Positions 16,502-28,532 of a stretch of 64,000 nt of DNA are shown here, in pieces. The notes under the pieces are model-generated. The model saw only the letters and a list, made by a program, of their open reading frames with translations, had not been told where the DNA came from and searched no databases. Position numbers and translations under genes: made by a program. How positions within the stretch are numbered: position 1 is the first letter of the stretch; each line of letters opens with the position of its first letter. Source of the stretch: Escherichia phage vB_EcoM-RPN187. The DNA lies in the sequence record OL770074.2, one strand, 5' to 3'.

Positions 16502-18234
16502 TGGAAATGATTAGCAGTAGCCTTAATTGGTTCGTGGGTGTTGTCGAGGACAGAATGGACCCATTAAAACAAGGGCGAGTTCGAGTTCGAGTCGTTGGTC
16601 TTCATCCGGCGCAGAGAACACAAGGTGATGTACAAGGTATTCCTACAGAAAAACTTCCATGGATGACTGTTATTCAACCTATTACGTCTGCATCAATGTC
16701 AGGTATTGGTGGTTCTGTTACAGGTCCTGTTGAAGGAACTCGAGTATATGGTCATTTCTTAGACAAATGGAAAACAAACGGGATTGTACTTGGTACATAT
16801 GGCGGAATAGTACGTGAAAAGCCTAATAGACTTGAAGGTTTTTCAGACCCGACAGGCCAGTATCCGCGACGTTTAGGTAATGATACGAACGTACTAAACC
16901 AAGGTGGTGAAGCTGGTTATTATTCGAACTCTAACGTAATTCAAGATAACAACTTGGATTATGGTATAAACCCAGACGATACAGATTTAGCAAATATTCC
17001 AGAAGATGATGACCCTAATTTTACAATAACAGAAATGTTACGTCGTGACGAAGGTCTTCGTGATAAAGTGTATTGGGACCATCTAGGGTATCCTACAGTA
17101 GGTATTGGACACCTTATCGTAATGGAAAAGACCCGAGACATGACTCGAATTAATAAATTGTTATCCGATCAAGTAGGGCGTGAAGTAACAGGAAATCCGG
17201 GAACTATTACATTAGAAGAAGCAACAGCGTTATTTGAGAAGGACCTTGCTAAGATGCAGAAAGACATTCGTTCTAATTCTAAAGTAGGTCCTGTTTATGC
17301 TAAAATGAACAGATCTCGCCAAATGGCATTAGAAAACATGTGCTTCCAGATGGGCGTTGGCGGTGTAGCAAAATTCAATACTATGCTTAAAGCAATGGCC
17401 ACAGGCGATTGGAAAACCGCATACAAATCTGGGCGCGATTCGTTATGGTTCCAACAGACTAAAGGGCGTGCTTCACGTGTAACAACAATTATTTTAACTG
17501 GTAACATGGAATCATATGGCGTTCCTGTTAAAACACCACCTTCACCAGGAGTTGGTGCCGATTTAGTTACTAGAAATACCGATCCAGAAGACCCAGCTGG
17601 TCCTCCTGTTCCGTTAGATTCACGTATCCTTTTTAAAGAACCTGAATCAAGTTATCGTGGTGAGTATCCATACGTTCATGCTATGGAAACAGAAAGTGGT
17701 CATATCCAAGAATTTGACGATACTCCAGGTAATGAACGTTATCGCTTAGTTCATCCAACAGGGTCATATGAGGAAGTTTCTCCGTCTGGGCGTCGTACTC
17801 GTAAAACTGTAGAAGACCTTTTTGACATCACTAATGGCGATGGGAACTTCTTGATTTCTGGCGATAAGCTTGTTAACGTTGGTGCTAATGAAATATATTA
17901 TAATATGGCAGACCGCCTCCATCAAATAGACGGCAATGATACAATCTTTATTCGTGGTAACCAATCTAAAACTGTTGAAGGCGATGGAACTCTTTACGTT
18001 AAGGGCAATATCAAAATAGTCGTTGACGGAAATGCAGATATTCTTGTTAAAGGCGATGCTAAAACTCAGGTCGAAGGGAATCATGATTACACCGTAAACG
18101 GAAACGTTAAATGGACTGTTAATGGTAATGTTGATATGACTGTTGCTGGGGATTGGGCAGAGACAATGTCTACAATGAGCTCAGTAGCTTCAGGACAATA
18201 CACTGTTGACGGATCTCGTATTGATATTGGGTAA
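16501..18234 (+). CDS. 5: baseplate hub subunit and tail lysozyme gp5
   Basis: 577 aa; N-terminal OB domain, central lysozyme domain (TEMLRRDEGLR...GIGHL), C-terminal VxGxxxxx beta-helix repeats. Confidence 0.95.
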   Translation: MEMISSSLNWFVGVVEDRMDPLKQGRVRVRVVGLHPAQRTQGDVQGIPTEKLPWMTVIQPITSASMSGIGGSVTGPVEGTRVYGHFLDKWKTNGIVLGTYGGIVREKPNRLEGFSDPTGQYPRRLGNDTNVLNQGGEAGYYSNSNVIQDNNLDYGINPDDTDLANIPEDDDPNFTITEMLRRDEGLRDKVYWDHLGYPTVGIGHLIVMEKTRDMTRINKLLSDQVGREVTGNPGTITLEEATALFEKDLAKMQKDIRSNSKVGPVYAKMNRSRQMALENMCFQMGVGGVAKFNTMLKAMATGDWKTAYKSGRDSLWFQQTKGRASRVTTIILTGNMESYGVPVKTPPSPGVGADLVTRNTDPEDPAGPPVPLDSRILFKEPESSYRGEYPYVHAMETESGHIQEFDDTPGNERYRLVHPTGSYEEVSPSGRRTRKTVEDLFDITNGDGNFLISGDKLVNVGANEIYYNMADRLHQIDGNDTIFIRGNQSKTVEGDGTLYVKGNIKIVVDGNADILVKGDAKTQVEGNHDYTVNGNVKWTVNGNVDMTVAGDWAETMSTMSSVASGQYTVDGSRIDIG

Positions 18235-18237
18235 CAT

Positions 18238-18753
18238 ATGGCACAAATACTTCCTTTAAATACCGACTTAGGAGAAGACATGGAAGGGGCGTCTATTGAC
18301 GTCCTTTTTACTCCACAGTTAGAAACAACCGAAACTTTAGTGTCAATAAATATAACAGATTATGAACCGACACAAGGCATTACGGTAGATGGTAATCGTT
18401 TATATGGAACATATGAAAGTGTGTTTAGCTTTTCTTCGGATGCATTGAAATACCGATTAAATGATGATTTTGAAACCGCATCTTCATGGGATGATTTACC
18501 AAAAGATGAATCCACACAGTTATATTTGTGGAGAGCTCCTCAGAATCTTCGTAAAGTGTTTAGTTATACGGTTGAAATGATTTATAACTACCAAGAAGAA
18601 AGTTCATCAGGCGGCTCTAGAAGTGACTCTGGTACAGAACCTCCACCGGCTCCAGTACAAAAAACTCTTACTAAGGTTTATACAAAAACTATAGTAGGAA
18701 ATTGGAGCAAATGGGCTCAACAATTACGAAACTATGTTTATGTGAGGCCGTGA
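18238..18753 (+). CDS. 5.1: gp5.1-like protein
   Basis: ORF track 171 aa directly after gene 5. Confidence 0.65.
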   Translation: MAQILPLNTDLGEDMEGASIDVLFTPQLETTETLVSINITDYEPTQGITVDGNRLYGTYESVFSFSSDALKYRLNDDFETASSWDDLPKDESTQLYLWRAPQNLRKVFSYTVEMIYNYQEESSSGGSRSDSGTEPPPAPVQKTLTKVYTKTIVGNWSKWAQQLRNYVYVRP

Positions 18754-18755
18754 AA

Positions 18756-19049
18756 ATGTCTGGCTTAAGTTACGACAAGTGCGTTACAGCAGGTCATGAA
18801 GCATGGCCTCCTACTGTAATAAATGCTTCCCAATCTAAAGTGTTCACCGGTGGTATTCCTGTTCTTGTGGCAGGAGACCAAATAACACCTCATACAGAAA
18901 CTAAAAAACCATACGAGACTCATGGAGGTGTTACTGAACCTCGTACATCTAAAGTATACGTCACCGGTAAAAAGGCCGTTCAAATGGCCGACCCAATTTC
19001 ATGCGGGGATACTGTTTCTCAGGCCTCGTCAAAAGTCTTTATAAAATAG
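18756..19049 (+). CDS. 5.4: PAAR-repeat spike tip protein gp5.4
   Basis: From ATG at 18756: [19 protein letters not shown]..., 97 aa as T4 gp5.4. Confidence 0.8.
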   Translation: MSGLSYDKCVTAGHEAWPPTVINASQSKVFTGGIPVLVAGDQITPHTETKKPYETHGGVTEPRTSKVYVTGKKAVQMADPISCGDTVSQASSKVFIK

Positions 19050-19057
19050 GAATTAAA

Positions 19058-21031
19058 ATGGCAAACACTCCTGTAAATTATCAATTAACCCGAACAGCGA
19101 ATGCTATTCCCGAGATTTTTATCGGGGGCACATTTGCCGAAATCAAACAGAACATTATCGAATGGCTCAATGGACAGAATGAATTTCTTGATTATGATTT
19201 TGAAGGTTCGCGTTTAAACGTATTGTGTGACCTTTTAGCATATAACACTCTTTACATCCAACAGTTCAGTAATAGTGCAGTGTATGAAAGTTTTATGCGT
19301 ACTGCAAACTTGCGTAGTTCTGTTGTACAAGCGGCTCAAGATAACGGATATCTGCCTTCATCTAAATCAGCAGCACAAACAGAAATTATGCTCACATGTA
19401 CGGATGCATTAAATAGAAACTATATCACCATTCCACGCGGCACTCGTTTCTTAGCATACGCTAAAGATACTTCTGTTAACCCGTATAACTTTGTTTCTAC
19501 TGAAGATGTCATTGTAGTTAAAGACAAAAATAACCAATATTTTCCACGTCTTCGATTAGCTCAAGGACGTATTGTTCGCACTGAATTAACATTTGATAGA
19601 TTAAAACCTATCATTATTCGTGATAAGAATATTGACCGTAATTTGGTTAAGTTGTATGTTGACGGAGCAGAATGGATTAACTGGACTCGTAAGTCGATGG
19701 TTCACGCTGGTTCTACGTCAACAATCTATTATATGCGTGAAACAGTTGATGGGAACACCGAATTTTATTTTGGTGAAGGCGAAATCTCTATTAACACATC
19801 AGAAGGTGCGTTAACATCTAACTATATTGGTGGCCTTAAACCTGTTCAGGGTTCTAAAATTGTAATTGAGTATATTTCTACTAACGGCGCAGATGCTAAC
19901 GGTGCTGTAGGATTTTCTTATGCCGATACATTAGCTAATATCACGGTAATCGGTATTAACGAGAACCCTAGCAATAACCCAGACTTTGTTGGGGCTGATG
20001 GTGGTGGCGACCCTGAAGATATTGAACGTATCCGCGAATTAGGCACAATTAAACGCGAAACTCAACAACGTTGTGTAACTGCTTCCGACTATGACACATT
20101 CGTCTCTGAGCGGTTTGGTTCTATTATTCAAGCGGTTCAAACATTCACAGATTCATCTAAGCCTGGGTACGCATTTATTGCTGCTAAACCTAAGTCTGGG
20201 TTGTATTTGACTTCTGTTCAACGTGATGATATCAAAAACTATTTAAATGATTATAACTTAGGGACTATTACACCTGTTGTTATTTCGCCTGATTATTTGT
20301 TTATCAAAATGAATATCAAAGTTACGTACGCGTTGAATAAACTCCAAGAATCAGAACAATATCTTGAAGGGCAGATTATTAATAAAATAGACCGTTATTA
20401 TATTGAAGATGTAGAAATTTTTAACTCATCATTTGCAAAATCTAAAATGCTAACTTATGTCGATGATGCAGATATTTCTATTATTGGTTCTTCAGCTACT
20501 ATTCAAATGGTTCGCGAAGTACAAAACTTCTATAAAACGCCTGAGGCCGGTATTAAATACAATAATCAGATTAAAGATAGATCGATGGAATCTAATATAT
20601 TCTCGTTTGATTCACACAGACCTAATCCAGAAAATGCAAACGAAACTATTAAATATGGTGTTCGCATAGTATCTTCTGACCGTAATGACCGTGGCATAGG
20701 TCAAGTTATTATTGGTCCATTTGCAGACGGCGATGTTGTTGAAAACGAAAATATACAACCTTATACAGGTAATGATTTTAATAAACTTACTGTTACTGAC
20801 GGACGAAACAAATACTATTCAATTGGTGAAGTGAATTATCCTGCCGATTCGATTTATTGGAACATTGCTAAAATTGACCTCACTTCAGACCGTTTTGAAG
20901 TTCAAACAATTGAACTTTATTCCGACCCTGCAGATGATATTATTTTTACAAAGGATGGTTCTTTAATCGTATTCGAAAATGACTTACGTCCTCAGTACTT
21001 AACTATAGATTTGGAGCCTATTTCACAATGA
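19058..21031 (+). CDS. 6: baseplate wedge protein gp6
   Basis: From ATG at 19058 (MANTPVNYQLTRTANAIPEIF...); ORF track starts at upstream ATG within 5.4. Confidence 0.9.
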   Translation: MANTPVNYQLTRTANAIPEIFIGGTFAEIKQNIIEWLNGQNEFLDYDFEGSRLNVLCDLLAYNTLYIQQFSNSAVYESFMRTANLRSSVVQAAQDNGYLPSSKSAAQTEIMLTCTDALNRNYITIPRGTRFLAYAKDTSVNPYNFVSTEDVIVVKDKNNQYFPRLRLAQGRIVRTELTFDRLKPIIIRDKNIDRNLVKLYVDGAEWINWTRKSMVHAGSTSTIYYMRETVDGNTEFYFGEGEISINTSEGALTSNYIGGLKPVQGSKIVIEYISTNGADANGAVGFSYADTLANITVIGINENPSNNPDFVGADGGGDPEDIERIRELGTIKRETQQRCVTASDYDTFVSERFGSIIQAVQTFTDSSKPGYAFIAAKPKSGLYLTSVQRDDIKNYLNDYNLGTITPVVISPDYLFIKMNIKVTYALNKLQESEQYLEGQIINKIDRYYIEDVEIFNSSFAKSKMLTYVDDADISIIGSSATIQMVREVQNFYKTPEAGIKYNNQIKDRSMESNIFSFDSHRPNPENANETIKYGVRIVSSDRNDRGIGQVIIGPFADGDVVENENIQPYTGNDFNKLTVTDGRNKYYSIGEVNYPADSIYWNIAKIDLTSDRFEVQTIELYSDPADDIIFTKDGSLIVFENDLRPQYLTIDLEPISQ

Positions 21032-24000
21032 CAGTAAAAGCGCCAGCAGTCACAAGTCTCAGAATATCCAAGTTGTCCGCTAACCAAGTTCAAATACGCT
21101 GGGATGACGTTGGTGCTAATTTCTACTATTTCGTAGAAATCGCTGAGACTAAAACGTCAGACGGGGAAATAATTCCACCTGCCAACTACAGATGGATAAA
21201 TTTAGGATATACTCCTAATAGCAACTGGTTCGAAAGTAGCTTAGACCCATTAACTTCTTATATTATTCGTGTATCAACTGCCGCCGAAGGCTTCGAGAGA
21301 TCTGATTGGGTATACACCGAAATATTTGAATCATTTCAGACCAACGCGTATACATTTCAACATATGATTGAAATGCAATTGGCTAACAGTTTTATTAGAG
21401 AAAAATTTACAAATAACAACATGGCTTATGTCGATTTTAATAACGACACTATAATGGCAGCTCTAATGAATGAATCGTTCCAATTTAGCCCTGCTTATGC
21501 GGATATTTCATCTATTAAAAATTTCATTATTGGCGAAAACGAGTATCATGAAATTCAAGGTTCGATTCAACAGGTGTGTCATGATATAAACCGTGTTTAT
21601 TTGATGGAATCCGAAGGAATTCTTTATTTGTTTGAACGGTATCAGCCTGTGGTTAAAGTCTCTAATGATAAGGGACAAACCTGGAAATCGGTTAAATTGT
21701 TTAATGACCGTGTAGGGTACCCTGTATCAAGAACAGTGTATTACCAGACGGATCACACCACGTATGTTCTTGGGTATGATAAATTATTTTACGGCCGTAA
21801 ATCAACCGACGTTCGTTGGTCTGCCGATGATGTGAGATTTAGTTCTCAAGATATAACATTTGCTAAAATTGGCGACCAATTAAATTTAGGATTTGATGTA
21901 GAAATATTTGGTAACTACGCATCATTACCTGCTAACGTATCACGTATTGCAGAAGCTATCGTTTGCAATGACGATTATGTATACGTTGCTGCTCGAGATA
22001 AAGTTCGTTTTATTAAAACTAGTAATGCCCCTATTGATTCGGACCCGTTATCTCCGACATATTCCGAACGTTTGTTTGAACAAGAAACATTTAACATCAC
22101 AGGTAACCCTAAGGCAGTTTGCTATAAAATGGATTCTGTCGGTGGTAAAATATTTGCACTGATTGTCGGTGAAGTTGTTAATCTTAATGACGACCCGAGG
22201 ACCACTCCTATTGTTGATTCTGCTGATAAGGGTGTTTACGTTCTAGACCATGATGCTGGCACATTTAAACGTGTGTTTGGTAATACTGAAGAAGAACGCC
22301 GTCGTATTGAACCTGGGTACACCAGTATGTCTACTGATGGTGTTGAGTTATCTATTTCATCTAGTAATTTTAAATTTTTAGAATCAGATATTGTTGATGA
22401 CCAAAAAACACAAGTCAAGTACGGTTTAAACGGTGCTGTTAAATACGAGTATCCTCGCGAATGGTTGGCTGATAAACATTATCATATGATGTCATTTATT
22501 TCAACTGAAGACTCTCAATGGGAATCGTTCACTCCTCAACCGATGGAATACTATGCTGAGCCATTCTTTAGTTATTCTAGAAAGTCTGGTACTCGTTGTT
22601 GGATTAATAACTCAGACAAGGCCGTTGTAATTTATTCTGATTTACTTTACACTAAGGTTATTGAGAGTCATCCACTTAGTTCTCCAGACCGTGAAGTTCA
22701 TGAATATTGGAAGGACGGTGACTGTACAATAGTGATGCCTAACGTAGATTTCACCGGATTTAAAAAATATGCATCCGGCATGATTTTCTATAAAGCATCA
22801 GGTGAGATTATTTCTTATTATGATTTTAGTTACCGTGTTAGAGATAATGTTTCTATAATTTGGAAGCCTACTAATGTATTCTTAACAGCATCGTTACAAA
22901 ACCAAGAAAAAGATACCACATGGTCTCCTGTGGAAGAGAACGGTATTGCGGACCCAGATTTACGACCATTGCTCACTACAATGATGCCGGAGTCTTATCT
23001 TTTAGATAATACAAACTTCGAAGCATTCTGCGAGGCTTATATTCAGTATCTTTCTGACGGCTATGGGACCCATTATAACAACCTTTTAAATCTTATTAAA
23101 AATCAATATCCGCGAGAAGAACATGCGTGGGAATATTTATGGTCTGAGATTTATAAACGAAACATTTACTTAAACGCCGAAAAACGCGATTTAGTGTCTC
23201 GTTTCTTTGAATCAAGAAGTTATGACTTCTATTCAACTAAAGGAACTGAAGCATCATATAAATTCTTGTTTAAAGTGCTTTATAATGAAGATGTTGAAAT
23301 TGAAATTGAATCTAGTTCCGGGACCGAATATGATATCATCATTGAATCTGATTCGTTGACAGAAGATTTGGTCGGACAAACCATATACACCGCTACAGGA
23401 CGTTGTAATGTGACGTATATCGAGAGAAGTTACTCTAAAGGTAAATTACAATGGGCTGTAACAATTCACAACCTCTTAGGTCGTTTAATCCAAGGACAGG
23501 AAGTTAAAGCTGAAAGACTCCCTGGTTTTGAAGGTGAAATTGTTCGTGGTATTAAAGGTAAAGAGCTTTCTCAGAACAACATCGATTACATAAATCGTGG
23601 TAGAGCATACTACGTAATGAAGATTAAATCTAAACTTCCATCATCTCGTTGGAAATCAGACGTATTACGTTTTGTTCATCCGGTTGGATTTGGATTTATC
23701 GCAATTACCCTTCTCACAATGTTTATTAACACCGGATTAACACTTAAACATGTTGAAACCATTATTAATAAATACAAAAACTATAAGTGGGATTCTGGAT
23801 TACCGACTAAATATGCAGACCGAGTGGCTAAATTAGACCCACAAGGAAATGTTGAGTTTGACCCTATTACAGGTGAAGCGATATATGAAATAGGCCCTAT
23901 GGCTGGTCAAGATTATCCATTGCCTGAAGATTATAACGCTGAAAACAATAACTCCATATTTCAAGGTCAACTTCCATCGGAACGACGTAAACTGATGAGC

Positions 24001-24126
24001 CCATTATTTGATGCGTCCGGAACAACATTCTCTAGATTTAGAGATTTGGTTGAACAGCGGTTAATCGATAATGTAGGAAATCCAAGAGACCCCGTGAATC
24101 CACCACAGGTTAAATTAGATGAATGA
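21028..24126 (+). CDS. 7: baseplate wedge protein gp7
   Basis: 1032 aa, same length as T4 gp7; synteny. Confidence 0.9.
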   Translation: MTVKAPAVTSLRISKLSANQVQIRWDDVGANFYYFVEIAETKTSDGEIIPPANYRWINLGYTPNSNWFESSLDPLTSYIIRVSTAAEGFERSDWVYTEIFESFQTNAYTFQHMIEMQLANSFIREKFTNNNMAYVDFNNDTIMAALMNESFQFSPAYADISSIKNFIIGENEYHEIQGSIQQVCHDINRVYLMESEGILYLFERYQPVVKVSNDKGQTWKSVKLFNDRVGYPVSRTVYYQTDHTTYVLGYDKLFYGRKSTDVRWSADDVRFSSQDITFAKIGDQLNLGFDVEIFGNYASLPANVSRIAEAIVCNDDYVYVAARDKVRFIKTSNAPIDSDPLSPTYSERLFEQETFNITGNPKAVCYKMDSVGGKIFALIVGEVVNLNDDPRTTPIVDSADKGVYVLDHDAGTFKRVFGNTEEERRRIEPGYTSMSTDGVELSISSSNFKFLESDIVDDQKTQVKYGLNGAVKYEYPREWLADKHYHMMSFISTEDSQWESFTPQPMEYYAEPFFSYSRKSGTRCWINNSDKAVVIYSDLLYTKVIESHPLSSPDREVHEYWKDGDCTIVMPNVDFTGFKKYASGMIFYKASGEIISYYDFSYRVRDNVSIIWKPTNVFLTASLQNQEKDTTWSPVEENGIADPDLRPLLTTMMPESYLLDNTNFEAFCEAYIQYLSDGYGTHYNNLLNLIKNQYPREEHAWEYLWSEIYKRNIYLNAEKRDLVSRFFESRSYDFYSTKGTEASYKFLFKVLYNEDVEIEIESSSGTEYDIIIESDSLTEDLVGQTIYTATGRCNVTYIERSYSKGKLQWAVTIHNLLGRLIQGQEVKAERLPGFEGEIVRGIKGKELSQNNIDYINRGRAYYVMKIKSKLPSSRWKSDVLRFVHPVGFGFIAITLLTMFINTGLTLKHVETIINKYKNYKWDSGLPTKYADRVAKLDPQGNVEFDPITGEAIYEIGPMAGQDYPLPEDYNAENNNSIFQGQLPSERRKLMSPLFDASGTTFSRFRDLVEQRLIDNVGNPRDPVNPPQVKLDE

Positions 24127-25123
24127 TTCAAGTGTTATCTATCGTGCAATAGTTACATCAAAATTTAGAACAGAGAAAATGCTGAATTTTTATAATTCAG
24201 TTGGGGATGGAGATGATAAGAACTCCATTTATATTACGTTTGGACGTTCAGAGCCTTGGGCGTCAAATGAAAATGAGGTGGGCTTCGCCCCACCTTATCC
24301 TACAGATTCTGTTCTTGGTGTTACTGATATGTGGACCCATATGATGGGTATCGTTAAAGTTTTACCTTCAATGTTAGATTCTGTTATTCCTAGACGTGAT
24401 TGGGGAGATGTGCGATATCCAGACCCTTACACGTTTAGAATTAACGATATAGTCGCATGTAATACTGCTCCGTACAACGCGACAGAAGTTGGAGCTGGTT
24501 GGTTAATTTACCGTTGTTTAGATGTCCCTGACGTAGGGCTCTGTTCAATAGAATCTTTAGATAATAAAGATGAATGTCTTAAATTAGGTGGTAAATGGAC
24601 TCCGTCTGTTCGTTCTATGTCTCCTCCTGAAGGCAGAGGCGATGCTAATGGGGTTATCGAAACCGGTGATGGATATATTTGGGAATACCTTTATGAGATT
24701 CCTGCCGATGTGTCAATTAACCGTTGCACTAATGAATATCTTGTAGTTCCATGGCCGGAAGAAATTAAAGAAGACCCCACCCGTTGGGGATATGAAAATA
24801 ACTTAACTTGGCAACAAGATGACTACGGCTTGATTTACCGTGTTAAAGCCAATACGATGCGGTTTAAAGCATATTTTGATTCTGTTTATTTCCCTGAGGC
24901 GGCTTTGCCTGGTAACAAGGGTTTTAGACAGATATCAATTATCGCAAACCCGTTAGAAGCTAAGAAAAATCCAAATGACCCTAATGTTAAAGCAGAAAAG
25001 GATTATTATGACCCTAGAGACCTGCAGCGTCATTCCGGTGAAATGATTTATATGGAAAACCGACCACCTGTTATTATGGCAATGGACCAAACAGAAGAAA
25101 TTAACATTTTGTTTATGTTTTAA
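24119..25123 (+). CDS. 8: baseplate wedge protein gp8
   Basis: 334 aa as T4 gp8; synteny. Confidence 0.9.
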   Translation: MNDSSVIYRAIVTSKFRTEKMLNFYNSVGDGDDKNSIYITFGRSEPWASNENEVGFAPPYPTDSVLGVTDMWTHMMGIVKVLPSMLDSVIPRRDWGDVRYPDPYTFRINDIVACNTAPYNATEVGAGWLIYRCLDVPDVGLCSIESLDNKDECLKLGGKWTPSVRSMSPPEGRGDANGVIETGDGYIWEYLYEIPADVSINRCTNEYLVVPWPEEIKEDPTRWGYENNLTWQQDDYGLIYRVKANTMRFKAYFDSVYFPEAALPGNKGFRQISIIANPLEAKKNPNDPNVKAEKDYYDPRDLQRHSGEMIYMENRPPVIMAMDQTEEINILFMF

Positions 25124-25126
25124 TTA

Positions 25127-25150
25127 GGGAGCCTTCGGGCTCCCATTTTT
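25127..25150 (+). terminator. rho-independent terminator after gene 8
   Basis: gggagcc-ttcg-ggctccc hairpin followed by attttt. Confidence 0.6.
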
Positions 25151-25155
25151 GTATC

Positions 25156-25163
25156 TATAAATA
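25156..25163 (+). promoter_or_regulatory. late promoter TATAAATA for gene 9
   Basis: Exact TATAAATA 33 nt upstream of the gene 9 ATG. Confidence 0.55.
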
Positions 25164-25195
25164 GAATATAATATCGGACAACAAAAGGCAGAATT

Positions 25196-26068
25196 ATGGC
25201 ATTTTTTAAGCAAACTCCTAAACAATTAATCGATACCGGCGAAATTGGTAATGCCTCAACAGGTGATATCTTATTCGACGGTGGTAATAAAATAAATGAC
25301 GATATCAACGCTATTTACAATGCATTTGGCGATCAACGTAAAATGGCCGTAGCAGATGGAACCGGACCTACAGGTCAAACTATTCATGCCACAGGCTATT
25401 ATCAAAAAGGAAAGGCTGTCGATTATCAAACTCCTATTAAACCAGGCACAATGCATGATATTGATGCTTCTGATGGTGGTGTGATTGTTATTATTGACCG
25501 TCCTGAATTAGGTGACTCTGTAGAATTCATAAACTCTAATGGGTCTATTTCTGTTAACAATCCTTTAAGTATCCAAGTAACCGATGGTTCAATTAAAGGT
25601 GTTCTTAATAATCTTGTTATTTCCACCCCTTATACACATGTTGTTCTTCGTTGTATTGAAATTAATGGGCCAACTTCAGTATGGAATTATTCTACTGATA
25701 GCATGTTTGGACAGAAAGAATCTCCTGTCGATGGGACTTGGAGTCTTACAGGAAACACAGTTTCTATTCCTCTGTTTTATCGCACAGATTATAACATGGC
25801 TAAATTGCTTGTTACATGTCAATCCGCCGACGGTAGAAAAATAAAAACATGCGAAATAAATATTCTAATAGATACAATTAACTCAGAAGTTCTTTCTACC
25901 GAATTTGCAGTAATGCGAGTTGGTAATGTAGATGAAACCGACGAGATTGCTAATATTAGCTTTAGTATTATTAACAACTTTGTTACTATGACGATTACAT
26001 CTGATATTATTGGATTACGTTCAGCAGTTAAAATTATCTCAACTCAGAAAATTGGGGTCGCTCAATAA
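25196..26068 (+). CDS. 9: baseplate wedge, long-tail-fibre socket protein gp9
   Basis: 290 aa (T4 288); synteny. Confidence 0.9.
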   Translation: MAFFKQTPKQLIDTGEIGNASTGDILFDGGNKINDDINAIYNAFGDQRKMAVADGTGPTGQTIHATGYYQKGKAVDYQTPIKPGTMHDIDASDGGVIVIIDRPELGDSVEFINSNGSISVNNPLSIQVTDGSIKGVLNNLVISTPYTHVVLRCIEINGPTSVWNYSTDSMFGQKESPVDGTWSLTGNTVSIPLFYRTDYNMAKLLVTCQSADGRKIKTCEINILIDTINSEVLSTEFAVMRVGNVDETDEIANISFSIINNFVTMTITSDIIGLRSAVKIISTQKIGVAQ

Positions 26069-27873
26069 TGAAACAAAATATTAAAATTGGTAACGTCGTT
26101 GATGACGGACAAGGCGATTACCTTCGTCGAGGTGGTGAAAAAATAAATGAGAACTTTGACGAAATCTATTATGAATTAGGTGATGGTGAAGTTCCTTATT
26201 CCGCTGGCGCATGGAAGACTTATGATGCGGCTGATGGTCTTAATCTTAATGCCGCTTGGGGTAAATCTTATGCAATTAATACTACTTCTGGGCGAGTTTC
26301 GGTAAATCTTCCTAAAGGGACAATTGCAGACTATAATAAAGTTATTCGTGCTCGTGACGTATTTGCAACTTGGAACATTAACCCTGTTACTTTAATTCCG
26401 GCAAACGGAGACACGATTAAAGGTTCTTCATCTCCGGTAGAAATTAACGTTCAGTTCTCTGATTTAGAATTAGTTTATTGTGCTCCTGGACGTTGGGAAT
26501 ACATCAAGAACAAACAAATTGATAAAATAGTTAGCTCTGACATTAGTAATGTTGCTCGTAGAGAATATCTGGTTGAAACCCAAGGTCAGACCGATTTCGT
26601 GGATGTTTTTAACGGGACCTCTTATAACGTTAATAACATTCGCGTAAAACATCGTGGCAACGAATTGTATTATGGTGATGTATTCAGTGATAATAGTGAT
26701 TTTGGTTCTCCAGGCGCTAATCCTGGTGAACTGGTTGCACTTGATGGATTTAATATTAGATTACGCCAACCATGTAATGTTGGCGACACTGTACAAATTG
26801 AGACATTCTTAGATGGTGTTTCTCAGTGGCGCAGTTCATATACTCGTCGCCAAGTTCGCATTTTAGATAGTAAATTGACCGCTAAAAAGTCTATTGATGG
26901 AAGTATTTACGTCACTGATTTGAGTACGTTCCGGTCTATTCCATTTACAGCATTTGGTATTAATCCTACGGAACCACCTAACCCGAATTCGTTAGAAGTT
27001 CGCTTCAATGGTATTCTCCAAGAATTAGCTGGTACTGTTGGAACTCCTATTTTCCGTTGTGAAGGTGTGGATGCTGATTCTGAAGAGACATGCGCTAATC
27101 TCGGTGGGACATGGACTCAATCATATACAGATTATGCGATTGAATATACTGATAATATCCCTAGCGCAATTTTGTTTGACCGTCAATTTGAAGACCAAGA
27201 CATTATTACCATCACATGGTTTAATAACGATTTAGGAACTCTTCTTGAAATGGAAGAAATCCTTGATGTCGCTGATGAGAAATATGTTTCTCAAGGGTCT
27301 AACATTGAAATTACTGGTGACGTTGCATTAACCGATTTCGATAAAATTGGATGGCCTAATGTAGAACCTGTTCCTAAGTATGAACGTGAATTCTCGACTA
27401 TCTCAGCAATATTTGATACAATTTATCCTGTCGGGACTATTTACGAAAATGCGGTTAACCCTAATAATCCGGCAACTTATTTAGGTTTTGGTTCGTGGAA
27501 AATTTGGGGACAAGGCAAAGTATTAGCAGGTTGGAATGATGACGCGTCAGATCCTAATTTTGCATTAAATAATAATGACCTTGACGTCAATGGTAACCCT
27601 ACTCATACCGCAGGTGGGACCGTTGGTGTAACAACCATCACATTAGAAAATGCTGATTTACCAGCTACACAAACCGATGAAAAGGTTCTTATTTCTGATG
27701 ATAATGGTACAGTAATTATAGGCGGTTGCCAATATGACCCAGATGAAGAAGGTCCTATTTACACTAAATATCGTGAAGACCATGCAAAGACTAATGGATC
27801 TCATGTTCCAGCGCGTTCTATAACTAATATTCAGCCATCTATAACTGTATACCGTTGGGTAAGGATTGCATAA
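26068..27873 (+). CDS. 10: baseplate wedge and tail-pin protein gp10
   Basis: 601 aa (T4 602); synteny. Confidence 0.9.
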   Translation: MKQNIKIGNVVDDGQGDYLRRGGEKINENFDEIYYELGDGEVPYSAGAWKTYDAADGLNLNAAWGKSYAINTTSGRVSVNLPKGTIADYNKVIRARDVFATWNINPVTLIPANGDTIKGSSSPVEINVQFSDLELVYCAPGRWEYIKNKQIDKIVSSDISNVARREYLVETQGQTDFVDVFNGTSYNVNNIRVKHRGNELYYGDVFSDNSDFGSPGANPGELVALDGFNIRLRQPCNVGDTVQIETFLDGVSQWRSSYTRRQVRILDSKLTAKKSIDGSIYVTDLSTFRSIPFTAFGINPTEPPNPNSLEVRFNGILQELAGTVGTPIFRCEGVDADSEETCANLGGTWTQSYTDYAIEYTDNIPSAILFDRQFEDQDIITITWFNNDLGTLLEMEEILDVADEKYVSQGSNIEITGDVALTDFDKIGWPNVEPVPKYEREFSTISAIFDTIYPVGTIYENAVNPNNPATYLGFGSWKIWGQGKVLAGWNDDASDPNFALNNNDLDVNGNPTHTAGGTVGVTTITLENADLPATQTDEKVLISDDNGTVIIGGCQYDPDEEGPIYTKYREDHAKTNGSHVPARSITNIQPSITVYRWVRIA

Positions 27874-28532
27874 TGACTGTACTTAATACAAAGGCGGGAG
27901 TTATTTCCCGTCATGCTGATTTTTTGAATTACAGAAAAAATCCAGCTCAAATTGATGTTTTAAACAACCAAGCTGTAGGTTCCGTGACTATTTCTCAGTT
28001 AGCTCGCGGTTTTTATGATGCCAACGTAGAATCTGCAATAAATGATGTCCATAATATGGCACGAGCTGATATTGGTACTGTTGTCACAAACACTTCAGGC
28101 GTATCGCCTGAAGGTGCAGCACAAGTTGATTATTGGACTTTTTCCGGTGATGTTCTCGACGATACTTTGGACACTGGAACGCCAGTCGTTATTAACGTAT
28201 TTGGACTTGCCGTTAAAGCAACAATCGGTATGACTGATAACGAATTAACGGCACAAGTTCGTATAGCTTTACAAGAAGCCATTGCTAATCAAATCGCTAT
28301 TTCTTCTTATAAAGACCATCCGTCCGAAGGTAATAAACTTCAGGTGACATATTTAGATAACCAACGTCATGTGTTGCCAACATATGCTTCGTTTGGTGTA
28401 ACAATTTCGCAAGAAATTTTGTCTGAAGCAAAATCCGGATACGGAACATGGAATTTATTGGGTGCCCAAACGGTTACTCTTGATAACCATAGCACTCCTA
28501 CCGTTTTCTACCACTTTGTGAGAGCCTCATGA
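27873..28532 (+). CDS. 11: baseplate wedge and tail-pin protein gp11
   Basis: ATG at 27873 overlaps gp10 stop; 219 aa as T4 gp11; ORF track starts at upstream TTG. Confidence 0.9.
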   Translation: MTVLNTKAGVISRHADFLNYRKNPAQIDVLNNQAVGSVTISQLARGFYDANVESAINDVHNMARADIGTVVTNTSGVSPEGAAQVDYWTFSGDVLDDTLDTGTPVVINVFGLAVKATIGMTDNELTAQVRIALQEAIANQIAISSYKDHPSEGNKLQVTYLDNQRHVLPTYASFGVTISQEILSEAKSGYGTWNLLGAQTVTLDNHSTPTVFYHFVRAS